Shown piece by piece: positions 13,182 through 14,808 of a stretch of 14,808 bases of DNA. Under the pieces are notes generated by a model. The model did no database searches. It saw only the letters and a list, made by a program, of their open reading frames with translations, and was not told where the DNA came from. Each line of letters begins with the position of its first letter. Position 1 is the first letter of the stretch. The stretch comes from an uncultured archaeon (GTDB lineage Archaea > Iainarchaeota > Iainarchaeia > Iainarchaeales > CSSED10-239): positions 1 to 14,808 of the forward strand of contig CAYXAY010000018.1 in the NCBI GenBank assembly GCA_964463155.1, in the 5' to 3' direction. A program made the position numbers and the translations under genes.

Positions 13182-14483
13182 TTAAGGTTTAAAACGAACC
13201 ATGGTTCTTGGGAATGGTATTGTGTCTTTGATGTTATCAACGCCTGTAATGTAAGCTATTAATCTTTCTACACCCATACCAAAACCTGCGTGTGGAACAG
13301 AACCATATCTTCTTGTATCTAGATAAAATTCATAATGTTTTGGATCTTCTCCATCACTTAAAAGTCTTTGTTTTATCTTCTCTATGTCTGGCTCTCTTTC
13401 ACTTGCACCAATAATCTCTCCATAACCTTCTGGACCAATACAGTCAAAGCCAAGAACAACTTTGCTATCTTTTGGGTCTTCTTTCATGTAAAAGGCCTTA
13501 ACAACTTTAGGATATCTTGTTACAATTGTGAAAGTGTCATGCATTCTACTTAACTTATCCTCTTCAATTGTTCTTAAATCTTTACCCCATTCAACTTCCA
13601 GGTCTGCTTTTTCTTTTAAAAGTTTTAAAACTTCAGTATATGTCATTCTTATGAATGGTTTACCTATTGCTGTTTCTAAAAGCTTTGTATCTCTCTTTAA
13701 GATTTCTAAATCTTCTCTGTGTTTTTCTAAAACTGTTTTAATAACGTACTTGATTAAACCTTCCCCATAGTCTTGTAATTGTTCAAAATCAATCCATGCC
13801 CCTTCCATCTCAGCATGCCAGTATTCTGTTAGATGTCGTGAAGTTTTACTTTTCTCGGCTCTAAAAGATGGAGCGACTGTGTAAATCTTTCCTAAAGAAA
13901 AAATTGCTGGTTCAGCATATAGTTGCCAGGTTTGAGCTAGGGAAACTCCTTCTTCTTCAAAGTAGTCTACTTTGAAAAGACTTGACCCCCCCTCACATTG
14001 AACAGATTGAAGTATTGGTGATTGATATTCATAAAAACCTTCTTTTCTAAAATATTCATGAATTGCACCAATTACTGTTGATCTTATTTTTAAGATTGCA
14101 GTCATCTTTCTGCTTCTTAGCCACAAATGTCTAACATCTAAAAGAAATTCTTCAGAGAAATCTTTAGATATTGGATAGTTATCTGATTTTCCAACAAGTT
14201 CTATTGAGTCAATATCAACTTCATAACCTTGAGGAGATCTTTCTTCTTTTCTTAATTTTCCATGAACGATTATTGATGACTCTATTCCTAAAGCTTTTGC
14301 AGTTGCAAACTCTGCTTCTTTTAATTTGTCTTTTGCAGCAACTAACTGAATGATTCCGGTTTCATCTCTAATTGTTATAAAGATGTTATCTTTTTGATCT
14401 CTTATTCTATATACCCATCCTCTTAAAGATATTTCTTCAGTTTTACTTTCTAAAACTCCTTTAACACTTAAATATTTTTTCAT
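13182..14483 (-). CDS. asnS: Asparaginyl-tRNA synthetase (class IIb)
   Basis: It has an N-terminal OB anticodon-binding domain. Motif 2 is FRAEKSKTSRHLTEYWHAEME. Motif 3 and the C-terminus are GFGMGVERLIAYITGVDNIKDTIPFPRT. The IPFPRT ending and the SRHL context fit AsnRS better than archaeal AspRS. The cognate tRNA-Asn lies directly downstream. Confidence 0.85.
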   Translation of the reverse strand: MKKYLSVKGVLESKTEEISLRGWVYRIRDQKDNIFITIRDETGIIQLVAAKDKLKEAEFATAKALGIESSIIVHGKLRKEERSPQGYEVDIDSIELVGKSDNYPISKDFSEEFLLDVRHLWLRSRKMTAILKIRSTVIGAIHEYFRKEGFYEYQSPILQSVQCEGGSSLFKVDYFEEEGVSLAQTWQLYAEPAIFSLGKIYTVAPSFRAEKSKTSRHLTEYWHAEMEGAWIDFEQLQDYGEGLIKYVIKTVLEKHREDLEILKRDTKLLETAIGKPFIRMTYTEVLKLLKEKADLEVEWGKDLRTIEEDKLSRMHDTFTIVTRYPKVVKAFYMKEDPKDSKVVLGFDCIGPEGYGEIIGASEREPDIEKIKQRLLSDGEDPKHYEFYLDTRRYGSVPHAGFGMGVERLIAYITGVDNIKDTIPFPRTMVRFKP

Positions 14484-14808
14484 AATTTCTTTTCACTTCC
14501 ATTTTAATTATTAACTATTGATAAACAAATATATTAAAAACAAAACACTTATTTCAAAAAACCTTGACAATAAATTACTATGCGAATAAATAAAGTAGTG
14601 ACCTACTGGCCATTAAAGTTATTGATAACTATACAAAACTTTGATTTAAAATCAGAATCTTCTAAAACAATTTTGTATATCATAAATAAAATAAGAAAGA
14701 AAAAGTTTATAAAAGAGAAGGAAATTCTCTTTTAGGATTTGATATATAATAATTTAGTTAGTCCATTACAGTATATTTAAAGTAGGTGTCAGCTACACAA
14801 CAGGTAGT

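Noticed and set aside
13368-14353. + strand ORFs 13368-13553, 13528-13770 and 14171-14353
   Set aside because: They are antisense to the strongly supported asnS CDS and have low-complexity translations.
1-14808. CRISPR arrays, rRNA genes or multi-gene defence operons
   Set aside because: There are no regularly spaced direct repeats and no rRNA-like conserved segments. The only accessory enzyme gene, the DUF4143 ATPase, stands alone between housekeeping genes with its own promoter.

Overview
This AT-rich (~30% GC by eye) window has an archaeal gene set: archaeal-type DnaG, Hjc, Pth2, Kae1, CysRS and AsnRS. Gene packing is compact, with Shine-Dalgarno-like GGAG/GGTGA motifs and TATA-like promoters. 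This looks like a small-genome, DPANN-like archaeon, but that lineage call is inference. Most of the window is housekeeping. Accessory or decaying content comprises a DUF4143-type AAA ATPase, a degraded IS110/IS1111-family transposase, a triple-frameshifted SdpI/DUF1648 membrane gene and a transglutaminase-like surface protein. There are three minus-strand tRNAs: Leu, Val and Asn. The most interesting signal is non-coding. A ~65-nt GC-rich element with the same two-hairpin architecture sits immediately 5' of both tRNA-Leu and tRNA-Asn. Its conserved loops, compensatory stem changes and a strand-specific G-U pair point to a structured minus-strand RNA that I cannot match to any family I recognise. 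A second set of GC-rich modules (CGCACGTG-N8-GTGC on the minus strand) occurs three times in the structured 3' flank of the IS110-like relic and once in the tRNA-Val/tRNA-Leu spacer. That pattern would fit a bridge/seek-RNA-like guide region and a cognate DNA site. No rRNA and no CRISPR array were seen.
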